NCBI GenBank assembly: GCA_040081715.1
Contig: JBEBFY010000008.1
Coordinates: 9,420 to 73,419 of the forward strand
Source: Vicinamibacterales bacterium
Lineage (GTDB): Bacteria; Acidobacteriota; Vicinamibacteria; Vicinamibacterales; UBA2999
Length of the DNA stretch: 64,000 bases
Direction: 5' to 3'
Shown: positions 1-8,741 of the stretch, piece by piece
Position numbering within the stretch: position 1 is the first letter of the stretch
Layout: each line of letters begins with the position of its first letter
The notes under the pieces: generated by a model
Seen by the model: only the letters and a program-made list of their open reading frames with translations
Told to the model about the DNA's origin: nothing
The model's database searches: none
Position numbers and translations under genes: made by a program

Positions 1-1
1 C

Positions 2-721
2 GGACTCGCGATCGCATCGCCGCTCGTGGACCGGATTGCAGGCGGTGACGCCGGCGCTCTTGACGAACTCCTGCGCCACGCCCACCTGCCGGACGGCCGG
101 CTCGCCGTGCGCTCCTCGGCCGTTGGCGAGGATTCCTCGGGCGCCAGCTTTGCGGGCCAGCATCAGACCGTGCTCAACGTACGCGCCGCCGGCGTATTCG
201 ACGCGGTGGTCGCCGTGTGGGAATCCGGTCGATCCGAGGCGGCGCTCGCGTATCGCCGCAGGCAGGGCCTCCCGATGGATCCGGCCGTCGGCGTCGTCGT
301 GCAGTTACTGGTGGAGCCTCTCGCGGCCGGGGTCCTGTTTACCCGCAACCCGATCACCGGTGTGCGTGAGCGGATGATTGAAGCGGCGTGGGGCCTCGGC
401 GAAGTCGTAGTGAGCGGGGCGGTGACGCCGGATTCGTTCAGGTTGAGCCACGCAGGCGAACTGCTCGAGGCCACACCGGGCTTCAAGGACATCCGCGTGT
501 GGTGGGCCGAGCACGGCCACGGCACGGATACGCATCCCGTTCCGGAGGAACACCACTCGACGCTGTGCCTGGACCACAACCACCTCGCGGCCCTTCACGA
601 ACTCGCGTCGCGGTGCGAGGCGGTGTACGGCCCCGACCTCGATCTCGAGTGGGCGGTGGACGCGCTGGGCGGCGTGCATCTGCTCCAGGCGCGCCCCATC
701 ACGACGACGGCCGGACGATGA
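2..721 (+). CDS. PEP-utilising enzyme N-terminal ATP-grasp (PPDK_N / PEP synthase-like) domain protein, 5' end outside window
   Basis: The frame is open from nt 2 with no upstream stop. The translation carries the PEP synthase/PPDK nucleotide-binding signature (AVRSSAVGEDSSGASFAGQHQTVLNV, VVVQLLVEP..AGVLFTRNP). The protein ends right after this domain, and its stop overlaps the next start (ATGA at 718-721). Confidence 0.8.
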   Translation, partial: GLAIASPLVDRIAGGDAGALDELLRHAHLPDGRLAVRSSAVGEDSSGASFAGQHQTVLNVRAAGVFDAVVAVWESGRSEAALAYRRRQGLPMDPAVGVVVQLLVEPLAAGVLFTRNPITGVRERMIEAAWGLGEVVVSGAVTPDSFRLSHAGELLEATPGFKDIRVWWAEHGHGTDTHPVPEEHHSTLCLDHNHLAALHELASRCEAVYGPDLDLEWAVDALGGVHLLQARPITTTAGR

Positions 722-2091
722 CCTCGGCCGGACCGGCTGCCAGCACCAACACGCAGTTGCTGACGGCGGTGGCCATCGCCGCCGCGCTCACGCCGCTCAA
801 CTCCACGATGATCGCCGTGGCACTGCCGGGGATGGCGACCGGCTTCGGCGTGGAGCCGTCGAGCGTGACCCTCTCGGTCATCACCGGGTACCTCCTGGCC
901 ACGATCGTGTGTCAGATGCCGGCGGGCAGCGTGGCCGATCGCCTGGGGTACGACAGGGCGCTCACCATCGGCCGATGGATCTTCGCGGCCGGTGCGCTGG
1001 CAGCGGTGGTGGCGCCCGCGCTGCCGGTCGTCGTGGCCGGCCGCCTGCTCATGGCCGCCGGGGGCTCGCTCATGGTGCCCACCGCGATGGCCCTGTTGCG
1101 GGTGGCCGTTCCGCCTGAGCGGCGCGCCCGCGCCTTCGGCACGATGGGGGCGGTGATGGGCGGCGCGGCAGCCGCAGGTCCGGCCATCGGCGGCCTCATG
1201 CTGACCCGTTTCGGGTGGCGGTCGCTCTTTCTCATCAACATCCCGCTGATCGCGTTGTCGTGGCTACTGCAGGGACGCACGGCAGCACCGGCAGCGCCGG
1301 CACGCGAGCGCAAGCCCTTCGACTGGCTGGGCACTGCGCTGCTGGGCACCGCGCTCGTGCTGCTCGTCGCCGCGTCGCGCACATCGCCCGCCCTCGCCGG
1401 GACATTGGCGGTTGCGGGGGTCGCACTGCTGGCCGTGCTGGTGCGCCACGAGCGCCGCGCCCCGGCGCCCATCATCGACCTCTCCCTGTTCCGCAACAGC
1501 GGGTTCCTCTCGGGCTCAGCCGTCATCGCGCTCCAGAATCTGGGGATGTATTCGCTCCTCGCCCTCGTCCCCTTCTACTTCGGCGCTGGCCGCGATACCG
1601 CCGGAGCGGCACGGGTGAGCCTCGCCATCGTGGCCATGACCGCGGCCATGGCCATCTCGTCTCCCTTCGGCGGCTGGATGGCCGATCGACTGGGCCTGAA
1701 GACGATGGTCGTCACCGGCGGACTCCTGGGGGCGGCGGGGATCCTGTGGCTGTCGCTCCTGCCGGCCAGTGCCTCGCCCCTCGCAATTAGCCTCCGGTTG
1801 CTCGTGGTCGGCTTGGCGCTCGGTGTCTCAACCGGCCCCGCGCAGGCCGGTGCCCTCGAGGCCGTACACGCCACACAGAGCGGCATGGCCGCTGCGGGGC
1901 TCTCCATGCTGCGGTATCTCGGGGGCATCACCGGCACCGTGATCCTCGGGTACGCGATGAGCGGCCCTGGCCCGCAGCACGCGGCGATGCTCGTCTTCGT
2001 CGGCGCCTTCGTGGTCGCCGCGCTCGCCGGTTTCGGCATTCCGGACCTGCGCGCTTCGCAGGCACCGGCCGCACAGGCCGTCAACAGCTAA
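718..2091 (+). CDS. MFS transporter (drug/H+ antiporter-like)
   Basis: In-frame ATG at 718 inside track ORF 388..2091. From there the protein is a run of hydrophobic helices with MFS-type loops (GSVADRLGYDR, LLMAAGGSLMVP). The part upstream of 718 is Arg/Pro-rich and overlaps the preceding gene. Confidence 0.85.
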   Translation: MTSAGPAASTNTQLLTAVAIAAALTPLNSTMIAVALPGMATGFGVEPSSVTLSVITGYLLATIVCQMPAGSVADRLGYDRALTIGRWIFAAGALAAVVAPALPVVVAGRLLMAAGGSLMVPTAMALLRVAVPPERRARAFGTMGAVMGGAAAAGPAIGGLMLTRFGWRSLFLINIPLIALSWLLQGRTAAPAAPARERKPFDWLGTALLGTALVLLVAASRTSPALAGTLAVAGVALLAVLVRHERRAPAPIIDLSLFRNSGFLSGSAVIALQNLGMYSLLALVPFYFGAGRDTAGAARVSLAIVAMTAAMAISSPFGGWMADRLGLKTMVVTGGLLGAAGILWLSLLPASASPLAISLRLLVVGLALGVSTGPAQAGALEAVHATQSGMAAAGLSMLRYLGGITGTVILGYAMSGPGPQHAAMLVFVGAFVVAALAGFGIPDLRASQAPAAQAVNS

Positions 2092-2130
2092 GGGCCTGGC
2101 CAGAGTCCATCATCACGACAGAAGGCTACG

Positions 2131-2658
2131 ATGTCTTCACCCGATCCCCGTTATCCGCTTGGCCCGCTCGACCTGACGATTCCCATCACGCCAGCGCTCC
2201 GCGCGTCCGCCATCGACGACATCGCGGCGCTCCCGGAACGATTCAGGGCGGCGGTGGCGGGGCTCGCCGACGCGCAGCTCGACACGCCGTATCGCGAGGG
2301 CGGCTGGACCGTGCGCCAGCTCGTGCATCACGTCGCCGACAGCCACATGAACGGCTACATCAGGTTGAAGCTGGGCCTGACTGAGGACCAGCCCACGATC
2401 AAGCCGTACGCGGAGGCACGCTGGGCGGAGTTGCCGGACAGCCGGCTCCCGGTCGGGATCTCCCTCGACATCCTCGACAACGTGCACGCGCGGTGGACGG
2501 TGCTGTGGCGCGCCCTGGATCAGGGGGCGTTCGAGCGCACGTTCCTGCATCCGGAGCTCGGGCCGCTCACGCTGGACCGCCATCTGCAGATCTACGCCTG
2601 GCACTCGCGTCATCACACGGCGCACGCCATGGCCCTTCGCGCGGCCAAAGGCTGGTAG
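2131..2658 (+). CDS. DinB/YfiT-like metal-dependent hydrolase or thiol transferase family protein
   Basis: 175 aa with the DinB/YfiT His triad context (LVHHVADSHMNGY ... YAWHSRHHTAH). Confidence 0.8.
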   Translation: MSSPDPRYPLGPLDLTIPITPALRASAIDDIAALPERFRAAVAGLADAQLDTPYREGGWTVRQLVHHVADSHMNGYIRLKLGLTEDQPTIKPYAEARWAELPDSRLPVGISLDILDNVHARWTVLWRALDQGAFERTFLHPELGPLTLDRHLQIYAWHSRHHTAHAMALRAAKGW

Positions 2659-2670
2659 TATCAGGGCCTC

Positions 2671-2982
2671 ATGACAGCCAAACGCGCTGACGGCGGCGAA
2701 CCTCGCGAGGTGGGCGACGCGCTCGGCATGATCGAGACGCGCGGCTTCATCGGCATGATCGAAGCGGCCGACGCCATGCTCAAGACGGCCAACGTCACGC
2801 TGGTGGGTTGGGAAAAGGTGGACGCCGGCCTTGTGACGGCGATCATCCGCGGCGATGTCGGGTCGGTCAAAGCCGCCACCGACGCCGGCGCCGCCGCAGC
2901 CCGCCGCGTGGGCGAACTGGTCGGCGTGCACGTCATTCCGAGGCCGGCCGACGACCTCGAGACAATTTTTCCGATCCGCTAG
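2671..2982 (+). CDS. Bacterial microcompartment shell protein, BMC-H (PduA/EutM/CcmK-type hexamer subunit)
   Basis: Residues 18-103 align by eye almost position for position with PduA ([75 protein letters not shown]). It starts 12 nt after the DinB gene. Confidence 0.93.
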   Translation: MTAKRADGGEPREVGDALGMIETRGFIGMIEAADAMLKTANVTLVGWEKVDAGLVTAIIRGDVGSVKAATDAGAAAARRVGELVGVHVIPRPADDLETIFPIR

Positions 2983-3427
2983 TCCGCTTCCGCCGCACCC
3001 GTACCACGAGCGGGCGGAGTTTCTTTTCATCCGGTTCCACCAACAGCGCCTGAGCCGGGTCCGCCAGATCGAACAGGTGGCCGTCGGCGTCCCGCACATA
3101 GAGCTCGTCCCCGGCAATCATCAGCGTGAGCGGTCCTTCCTCGCCGATCACCTCGTAGAGCCGCACGCCGAACACGTCGCGCAGGGCCGCGAGCAGGTGC
3201 CGGATCTGCGGCACGGAGAATCCGCGGCGCAGCAGATCCGCGAGCAACTGCAGTTCAATCACATCCAGCGGGGAATACCGCCGCTCGGTGAAGCCGCCGG
3301 CTTCGGTCTTCTTTGTGGCCACCGCGGCTGAAAAGAGGCGCCGCGCATCCCACCACTGGAGCTGCCGGGCGGTCAGGCCGGTGAGCGAAGCGACCTCGCG
3401 GGACGAATAAGACCGCTTCAGCCTCAC
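2933..3427 (-). CDS. MerR family transcriptional regulator
   Basis: N-terminal MerR helix-turn-helix ([25 protein letters not shown] ... [28 protein letters not shown]). The start overlaps the stop of the upstream gene. Confidence 0.85.
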   Translation of the reverse strand: MRLKRSYSSREVASLTGLTARQLQWWDARRLFSAAVATKKTEAGGFTERRYSPLDVIELQLLADLLRRGFSVPQIRHLLAALRDVFGVRLYEVIGEEGPLTLMIAGDELYVRDADGHLFDLADPAQALLVEPDEKKLRPLVVRVRRKRTSGSEKLSRGRRPASE

Positions 3428-3714
3428 GCGTCCGGTTCCGCCTGCCCGTTCGCCATGCGGGCACCGGCGACATCCCGTGCCGTCAGACCACCCTCGTCAT
3501 GCGTCGTGAAGGCAACGGTCACGCGCCGGTAGTGGATGGTGATATCAGGGTGGTGGCCGGACCCTTCCGACTCCGGCACGAGGCGCTGGACGAAGGCGAC
3601 GGCGGCGGGGAATCCGGAGAAGACGAACTGCCGCTCGATGACGTTGCCCACTCGGGTCCAGCCGGGGAGCGCAGCCAAGTCACGCGCGACCTCCGCGTCG
3701 GTCAGCAAGGCCAT
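3424..3714 (-). CDS. 4a-hydroxytetrahydrobiopterin (pterin-4a-carbinolamine) dehydratase
   Basis: 96 aa with the PCD/DCoH signature (LPGW..V...I.R.F.F..F..A.AFV..L....E...HHPDI...Y..V.V.F.TH...GLT..D). Confidence 0.85.
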   Translation of the reverse strand: MALLTDAEVARDLAALPGWTRVGNVIERQFVFSGFPAAVAFVQRLVPESEGSGHHPDITIHYRRVTVAFTTHDEGGLTARDVAGARMANGQAEPDA

Positions 3715-3734
3715 ATGCCCTGCATGATACGGCC

Positions 3735-4832
3735 CTACAACCCGAACCGGGCGGGGGCCATCAGGGCCAGCTCCGGCCCCTCGCGGCCGTCGACGACCAG
3801 GTCGGCCACGAGGTCAGCCGTCAGTGGTGCGAGCAGGACGCCGTTTCGGTAGTGTCCGGTGGCGAAGATCACGCGCGGATTGGCCGCGGCCCGGCCAATG
3901 ACGGGTACGCCGTCCGGTGTGCCCGGGCGCAATCCGACGCGCACCTCCTGCAGGTCCGCCAGGGCGCTGGCCGGGAGCAGTTCCGCCGCCGCGCGCCGTA
4001 ATCCCTGCACGCCCTCGTCGGTGGGCCGCTCGTCGAAGCCCACCTGCTCGACGGTGCCGCCGACGAGCAGGCTCCCGTCGGTCCATGGCACGAGGTAGCA
4101 GTCGGTCCCCCAGACGACGCGTGAGGCCAGCGGTGCAGCGGCGCGGAGATGCAGGAGCTGGCCGCGCACGGGTGTCACCGGTGTGGCGGCGGTGGGTGTG
4201 AACACGTCCTGACCCGACCAACTGCCGGCGGCCAGTACCGCGCAGTCTGCCTCGATCACGCGGTCGCCGCATTGCGCCGTGATGCCGCTCGCGCCTGACT
4301 CCACGGCATCCACGCGCACACCGGCATGAATGGTGGCGCCTGCTCGTTCGGCCGCGTCGGCCAGCGCCAGTGTCAGGTCGCGCGCGCGGACAAAACCCTG
4401 TTCGGGCAGCAGGAGCCCGGCCCGCACGCCCAGGCCAACGCCGGGTTCCATGGCCAGAACCGCTGCCCTGTCGAGCCACCGGATCGGCACACCACGCGCC
4501 TCGTGTCGCGCGGCGTCCGCACGAAGCGCGGTTTCCTGCGCCGCGTTCAGCGCCACTTCCACGGTGCCCGTCCGCTGATACTCCACGTCGACCCGTGACT
4601 CCTCGCGCACCCGCGCGATGAACGCGTCGTACCGCCGCAGGCTGGCCTCACCAAGTGCGAGCAGGCCGCCCGAGTGCGCCTCGATCCACGGGGCGAGGAC
4701 TCCGGCAGCCGCCTGCGTGGACCCGCCCGCCGGCCCGCGCATGTCAACCAGGTCGACGTTGACACTTCGCCTCGCCAGGGCATGTGCCACCGCGCAGCCC
4801 ACGACCCCGGCACCAATCACCAGCACCTTCAC
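3735..4832 (-). CDS. thiO: FAD-dependent glycine oxidase (ThiO-like) / DAO family oxidoreductase
   Basis: In-frame GTG at 4832 gives VKVLVIGAGVVGCAVAHALARR (Rossmann GxGxxG). The C-terminal GHYRNGVLLAPLTA is typical of ThiO. The longer track ORF (to 5039) adds an Arg/Trp-rich extension with no support. Confidence 0.7.
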   Translation of the reverse strand: MKVLVIGAGVVGCAVAHALARRSVNVDLVDMRGPAGGSTQAAAGVLAPWIEAHSGGLLALGEASLRRYDAFIARVREESRVDVEYQRTGTVEVALNAAQETALRADAARHEARGVPIRWLDRAAVLAMEPGVGLGVRAGLLLPEQGFVRARDLTLALADAAERAGATIHAGVRVDAVESGASGITAQCGDRVIEADCAVLAAGSWSGQDVFTPTAATPVTPVRGQLLHLRAAAPLASRVVWGTDCYLVPWTDGSLLVGGTVEQVGFDERPTDEGVQGLRRAAAELLPASALADLQEVRVGLRPGTPDGVPVIGRAAANPRVIFATGHYRNGVLLAPLTADLVADLVVDGREGPELALMAPARFGL

Positions 4833-5032
4833 ATCGCGAGTGTATCTGTCTCGGCACCAGGCCCGTTTGTGCGAGGGAACGTGGTCGGGCGCTGTGTATT
4901 TTCGGGATGACGGTGTGGCCACAATACCCGGCCGGACGGCCGGGTGGTCTCGAAAAGTCACGGGCAATCCGCAGGCACCCCGGGCACGAGCCTTGCTCAT
5001 GGCAGTCCAGTGACCAATCACTGGAGCAGACC

Positions 5033-5962
5033 ATGACATTCACCAGGACAAGCGTGGCACTCATCGCGGCCGGCAGTCTGGCCCTCGGCGTCGGCGGCGC
5101 CTGGCTGCTGACGCGACCGTCCGGCGAACCCGTCCCGAGCGCCACAGAGACACAGGCTGCGGTGCAACCCGCCATCGAATCCGCCGCCCCAGCGCCAGCT
5201 GCCGCGGCCGACCCTGCCCCAGCGGCGGCACCAGCACCAAGCCCGGCGCGCATCGGGGCCACTGAGCCCAGAAGGCCGGCGTCTCAGGCCTCGCGCCCGG
5301 CGGCGACGCAGCAGGGCACGACCGGTCGGGTGCCGGACGTGAAAGCGCCCACCCCTGTTGAGGAGACACGCCCGGCAGCCGCTCCTGCTACGAGGGCAGT
5401 GGCTGCGCCGGCTCCCCAGCCCACGCCGGAGCGGCTGTTCGAGGAACTGGTGGTGTCGGCCAGCACCGTCCTGAGTCTGCGGATCGACGCGGCGGTGTCG
5501 AGCGAAAGTGCGAGCGTCGAGGACCGGGTGACGGCGACTGTGACACGTGACATCCGCGTGGGCGACCGGGTGGCCATTCCCTCGGGCTCCATCGCGCACG
5601 GCGAAGTCACGCTCGTGGAGCGGGGCGGAAAGGTGAAGGATCGGTCTCGCCTCGGCGTGCGCTTCACGTCGATCGCGCTCGGCAACGGGACCCGCGTGCC
5701 GATCGAGTCCGCCGTGATCGTGCGCGAGGGTGCGTCCGCCACAAAGGAAAGCACCGCGAAGATCGGCGGCGGGGCGATCGGCGGCGCCATCGTCGGCGGA
5801 ATCATCGGCGGCAAGAAAGGTGCGGCGATCGGCAGCACAGTGGGTGCTGGCGCCGGCACTGCCGCCGTCATGGCAGGGGGCCGCAACGCGGCAACGCTGG
5901 AGCCCGGAGAAGCGGTCAGCCTGCCGTTGACGAAGCCTGCGGCGGTGACGGTCGATCGCTGA
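5033..5962 (+). CDS. Membrane-anchored hypothetical protein with Pro/Ala-rich linker and C-terminal glycine-zipper segment
   Basis: ATG at 5033 gives a signal-anchor (MTFTRTSVALIAAGSLALGVGGAWLL). This is followed by a roughly 120-aa P/A-rich linker, a beta-rich domain, and GGGAIGGAIVGGIIGGKKGAAIGSTVGAGAGTAAV. Confidence 0.6.
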   Translation: MTFTRTSVALIAAGSLALGVGGAWLLTRPSGEPVPSATETQAAVQPAIESAAPAPAAAADPAPAAAPAPSPARIGATEPRRPASQASRPAATQQGTTGRVPDVKAPTPVEETRPAAAPATRAVAAPAPQPTPERLFEELVVSASTVLSLRIDAAVSSESASVEDRVTATVTRDIRVGDRVAIPSGSIAHGEVTLVERGGKVKDRSRLGVRFTSIALGNGTRVPIESAVIVREGASATKESTAKIGGGAIGGAIVGGIIGGKKGAAIGSTVGAGAGTAAVMAGGRNAATLEPGEAVSLPLTKPAAVTVDR

Positions 5963-6064
5963 CGCGGTCGGTTGCGCTGTCGACTCCGTACCACGCCGTT
6001 CTTCGCTGTCAGACCGGCGCCGTCAGAGAGGCGCTGTCTGAGAGGCGCCGTCAGAGAGCTGCTG

Positions 6065-6514
6065 TCAGGTGGGCTCGATCCTCCAGCGTTCGATGTATCG
6101 GTCTTCCCGCCACTCGAGCGCCACCGCGCCATTGAGCGGGAAGGACACCGGCGACTGATCGGGATGTGCGCCCAACAGCAGTTGGAGAATTCTGGGCAGA
6201 CTCGGCATGTGACCGACCACCGCGATCTGGCGGTCCTCACCAATAAGCATGTCCCGGGTCCACTCAGGGGGGTCCGTCGGCTGCAGGCCCCGAACGGCCG
6301 TGATCGACGCAAACGGATTGCACACCCGCCAGAACACGTCCGCGGTCTGGCGTGCGCGATGCTTGCCGCTGTGCCAGATCACCTCCGGTTTCGCGCCCCT
6401 GGCGGCGGCCTCACGGGCCATGAGTTCAGCCTGAGCCCGCCCCCTGGCTGAGAGGGGTCGCATCGGGTCAACCCCTGGGGGCTCGGCCTCGGCGTGGTGC
6501 ACCAGCAGGACCAT
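6065..6514 (-). CDS. sixA: Phosphohistidine phosphatase SixA (histidine phosphatase superfamily)
   Basis: The N-terminus VLLVHHAEAE...LSARGRAQA and the later VVGHMPSL match the SixA RHG/H motifs. Confidence 0.8.
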   Translation of the reverse strand: MVLLVHHAEAEPPGVDPMRPLSARGRAQAELMAREAAARGAKPEVIWHSGKHRARQTADVFWRVCNPFASITAVRGLQPTDPPEWTRDMLIGEDRQIAVVGHMPSLPRILQLLLGAHPDQSPVSFPLNGAVALEWREDRYIERWRIEPT

Positions 6515-6549
6515 CCCGGTTATACTGGCACGTTCGAGCGCACGGCGAT

Positions 6550-6658
6550 TTCACCGACTTGATGGGCCGCGTTCCGGGATTCCCCGGCGCTCTCTTCTAT
6601 CTAAGTCGCGCACCGGCCCGCGACTGTCGCGGGCTTTTTTGTGAGTTGAAGGAGCAAC
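6550..6658 (+). promoter_or_regulatory. metK 5' leader with mutually exclusive helices ending in an intrinsic terminator (candidate riboswitch/attenuator, class unassigned)
   Basis: CGACTT (6555-6560) can pair with AAGTCG (6603-6608). GTCGCG (6605-6610) can pair with CGCGAC (6619-6624). GCCCGCGA (6616-6623) can pair with TCGCGGGC (6627-6634), followed by T6. The three helices overlap pairwise. Confidence 0.45.
6616..6641 (+). terminator. Rho-independent terminator 18 nt upstream of the metK start codon
   Basis: 8-bp GC-rich stem GCCCGCGA/TCGCGGGC with a 3-nt loop, followed by TTTTTT at 6635-6640. The upstream gene is divergent, so this can only act on a leader transcript. Confidence 0.7.
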
Positions 6659-7768
<1,110 letters not shown>

Positions 7769-7801
7769 ACGGCGAGCCGTTTACCAGGCCGCGGAACGAC
7801 G

Positions 7802-7836
7802 AAGGGCGCCTCGATGCTTCGGCATCAGGCGCCCTT
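7802..7836. terminator. Bidirectional hairpin terminator between the convergent metK and lipoprotein genes
   Basis: AAGGGCGCCT (7802-7811) pairs with AGGCGCCCTT (7827-7836), with an inner GATGC/GCATC extension. A weak T-tract follows on the + strand. Confidence 0.6.
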
Positions 7837-7880
7837 GTTCATTTGTGAGCGGATCCGCCGGTGCGGCCGCGATCTTCAGA

Positions 7881-8372
7881 TCAGAAGAATTCGTACCACC
7901 TGGGCGGCCGGCGCGTGACGAGCGCCTGCACCGCCGCCATCTGTTCGAGGATCGCGCCCGTATCGGCGACACCGGCCGAGGTCAGCAGCGCCTTTACCTC
8001 TTCCCTGAGGGCCTTGGCCTGCGATGAGCTGATCTCTCGGGCTGCTACGGTCTGCCACAGCGTTGTCCCGAGCTTTACGGCATCCGGCATCGTCAGCTTG
8101 CCGCCCGACTGCACGGCCCCTGCCACGCGCGTCGCCAGCTCCTGCGTCGGCGCCTCGCCGGCCTTTTCCGGGCACAACTTGGTGAGGTCGTCGATGAAGT
8201 CCTTGGCACCGCTCGGGTCCTTGACCTGGATCGCCATCAGGTCCTTGCCGATGTCACTCATGTCGCCCACGCGATCCGGCGTGGCGGCATCGAGCATCGG
8301 GCCATCGGCCTGTTTGCAGCCGGCCACTCCGAGGGCCAGCATCACCACCGTCGCCATGCCGAACTTCCTCAT
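7881..8372 (-). CDS. Hypothetical lipoprotein
   Basis: In-frame ATG at 8372 gives MRKFGMATVVMLALGVAGCKQ (lipobox LGVAGC). The longer track ORF (to 8639) has no support. Confidence 0.6.
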   Translation of the reverse strand: MRKFGMATVVMLALGVAGCKQADGPMLDAATPDRVGDMSDIGKDLMAIQVKDPSGAKDFIDDLTKLCPEKAGEAPTQELATRVAGAVQSGGKLTMPDAVKLGTTLWQTVAAREISSSQAKALREEVKALLTSAGVADTGAILEQMAAVQALVTRRPPRWYEFF

Positions 8373-8486
8373 ATCGTCTCGTTTCCTTCCCTGACCACGG
8401 GCCTCGCCACGGGGAGCTCGAAAGTTATCACATGCGACTTGCACAGGACCACGGTGGGCAGGCAGACCAGTCGCGGCCCCACCCTG

Positions 8487-8691
8487 GTGGCGCTGAGCAA
8501 CCGGAATCAGCTTGAGTGCCTCGTGGACGAGGTCCGCGGCCTGCTGGCGCAGGTGCGGCTCCGCATCGGCGACCCGGGACGCCGGCGACGACTTGAAGCT
8601 CAAGCGCGGCCAGCCGGCCCTGGCCATCATCAAGGCCACCGAGGTGATGGTGGCCCGGGCGGGCGAGCCCCGTCCTGGATGGCACTGCTAA
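8487..8691 (+). pseudogene. Degenerate Mop/TOBE (molybdopterin-binding, molbindin-like) gene remnant with a frameshift
   Basis: GTG at 8487 gives MALSNRNQLECLVDEV (compare Mop MSISARNQLKGKVV). A second frame gives DDLKLKRGQPALAIIKATEVMVA (compare ELGVKEGAELTAVVKSTDVMILA). The total span is 205 nt, i.e. 68 codons plus 1 nt. Confidence 0.3.
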
Positions 8692-8741
8692 GTGCGTTGT
8701 CCATCCGGAATGCTCTCCCCTGGATGGCGTGACTACCGCCG

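Noticed and set aside
388-717. N-terminal extensions of track ORFs. Examples: 388-717 for the MFS gene, 4833-5039 for thiO, 4784-5032, 8373-8639, 39711-39815, 44958-45179, 59393-59482, 61233-61295, 22730-22804, 23904-24020, 31128-31223, 31859-32074.
   Set aside because: The extensions are Arg/Pro-rich, overlap neighbouring genes or leaders, and precede internal starts that yield canonical N-termini, signal peptides, lipoboxes or stop/start coupling.
6520-6640. Assignment of the metK leader to the SAM-I, SAM-IV or SAM-II riboswitch class.
   Set aside because: I could not find the conserved SAM-I/IV core or the AAAGCU-type SAM-II/V element by eye. Only the generic terminator/antiterminator logic is supported, so the class is left open.
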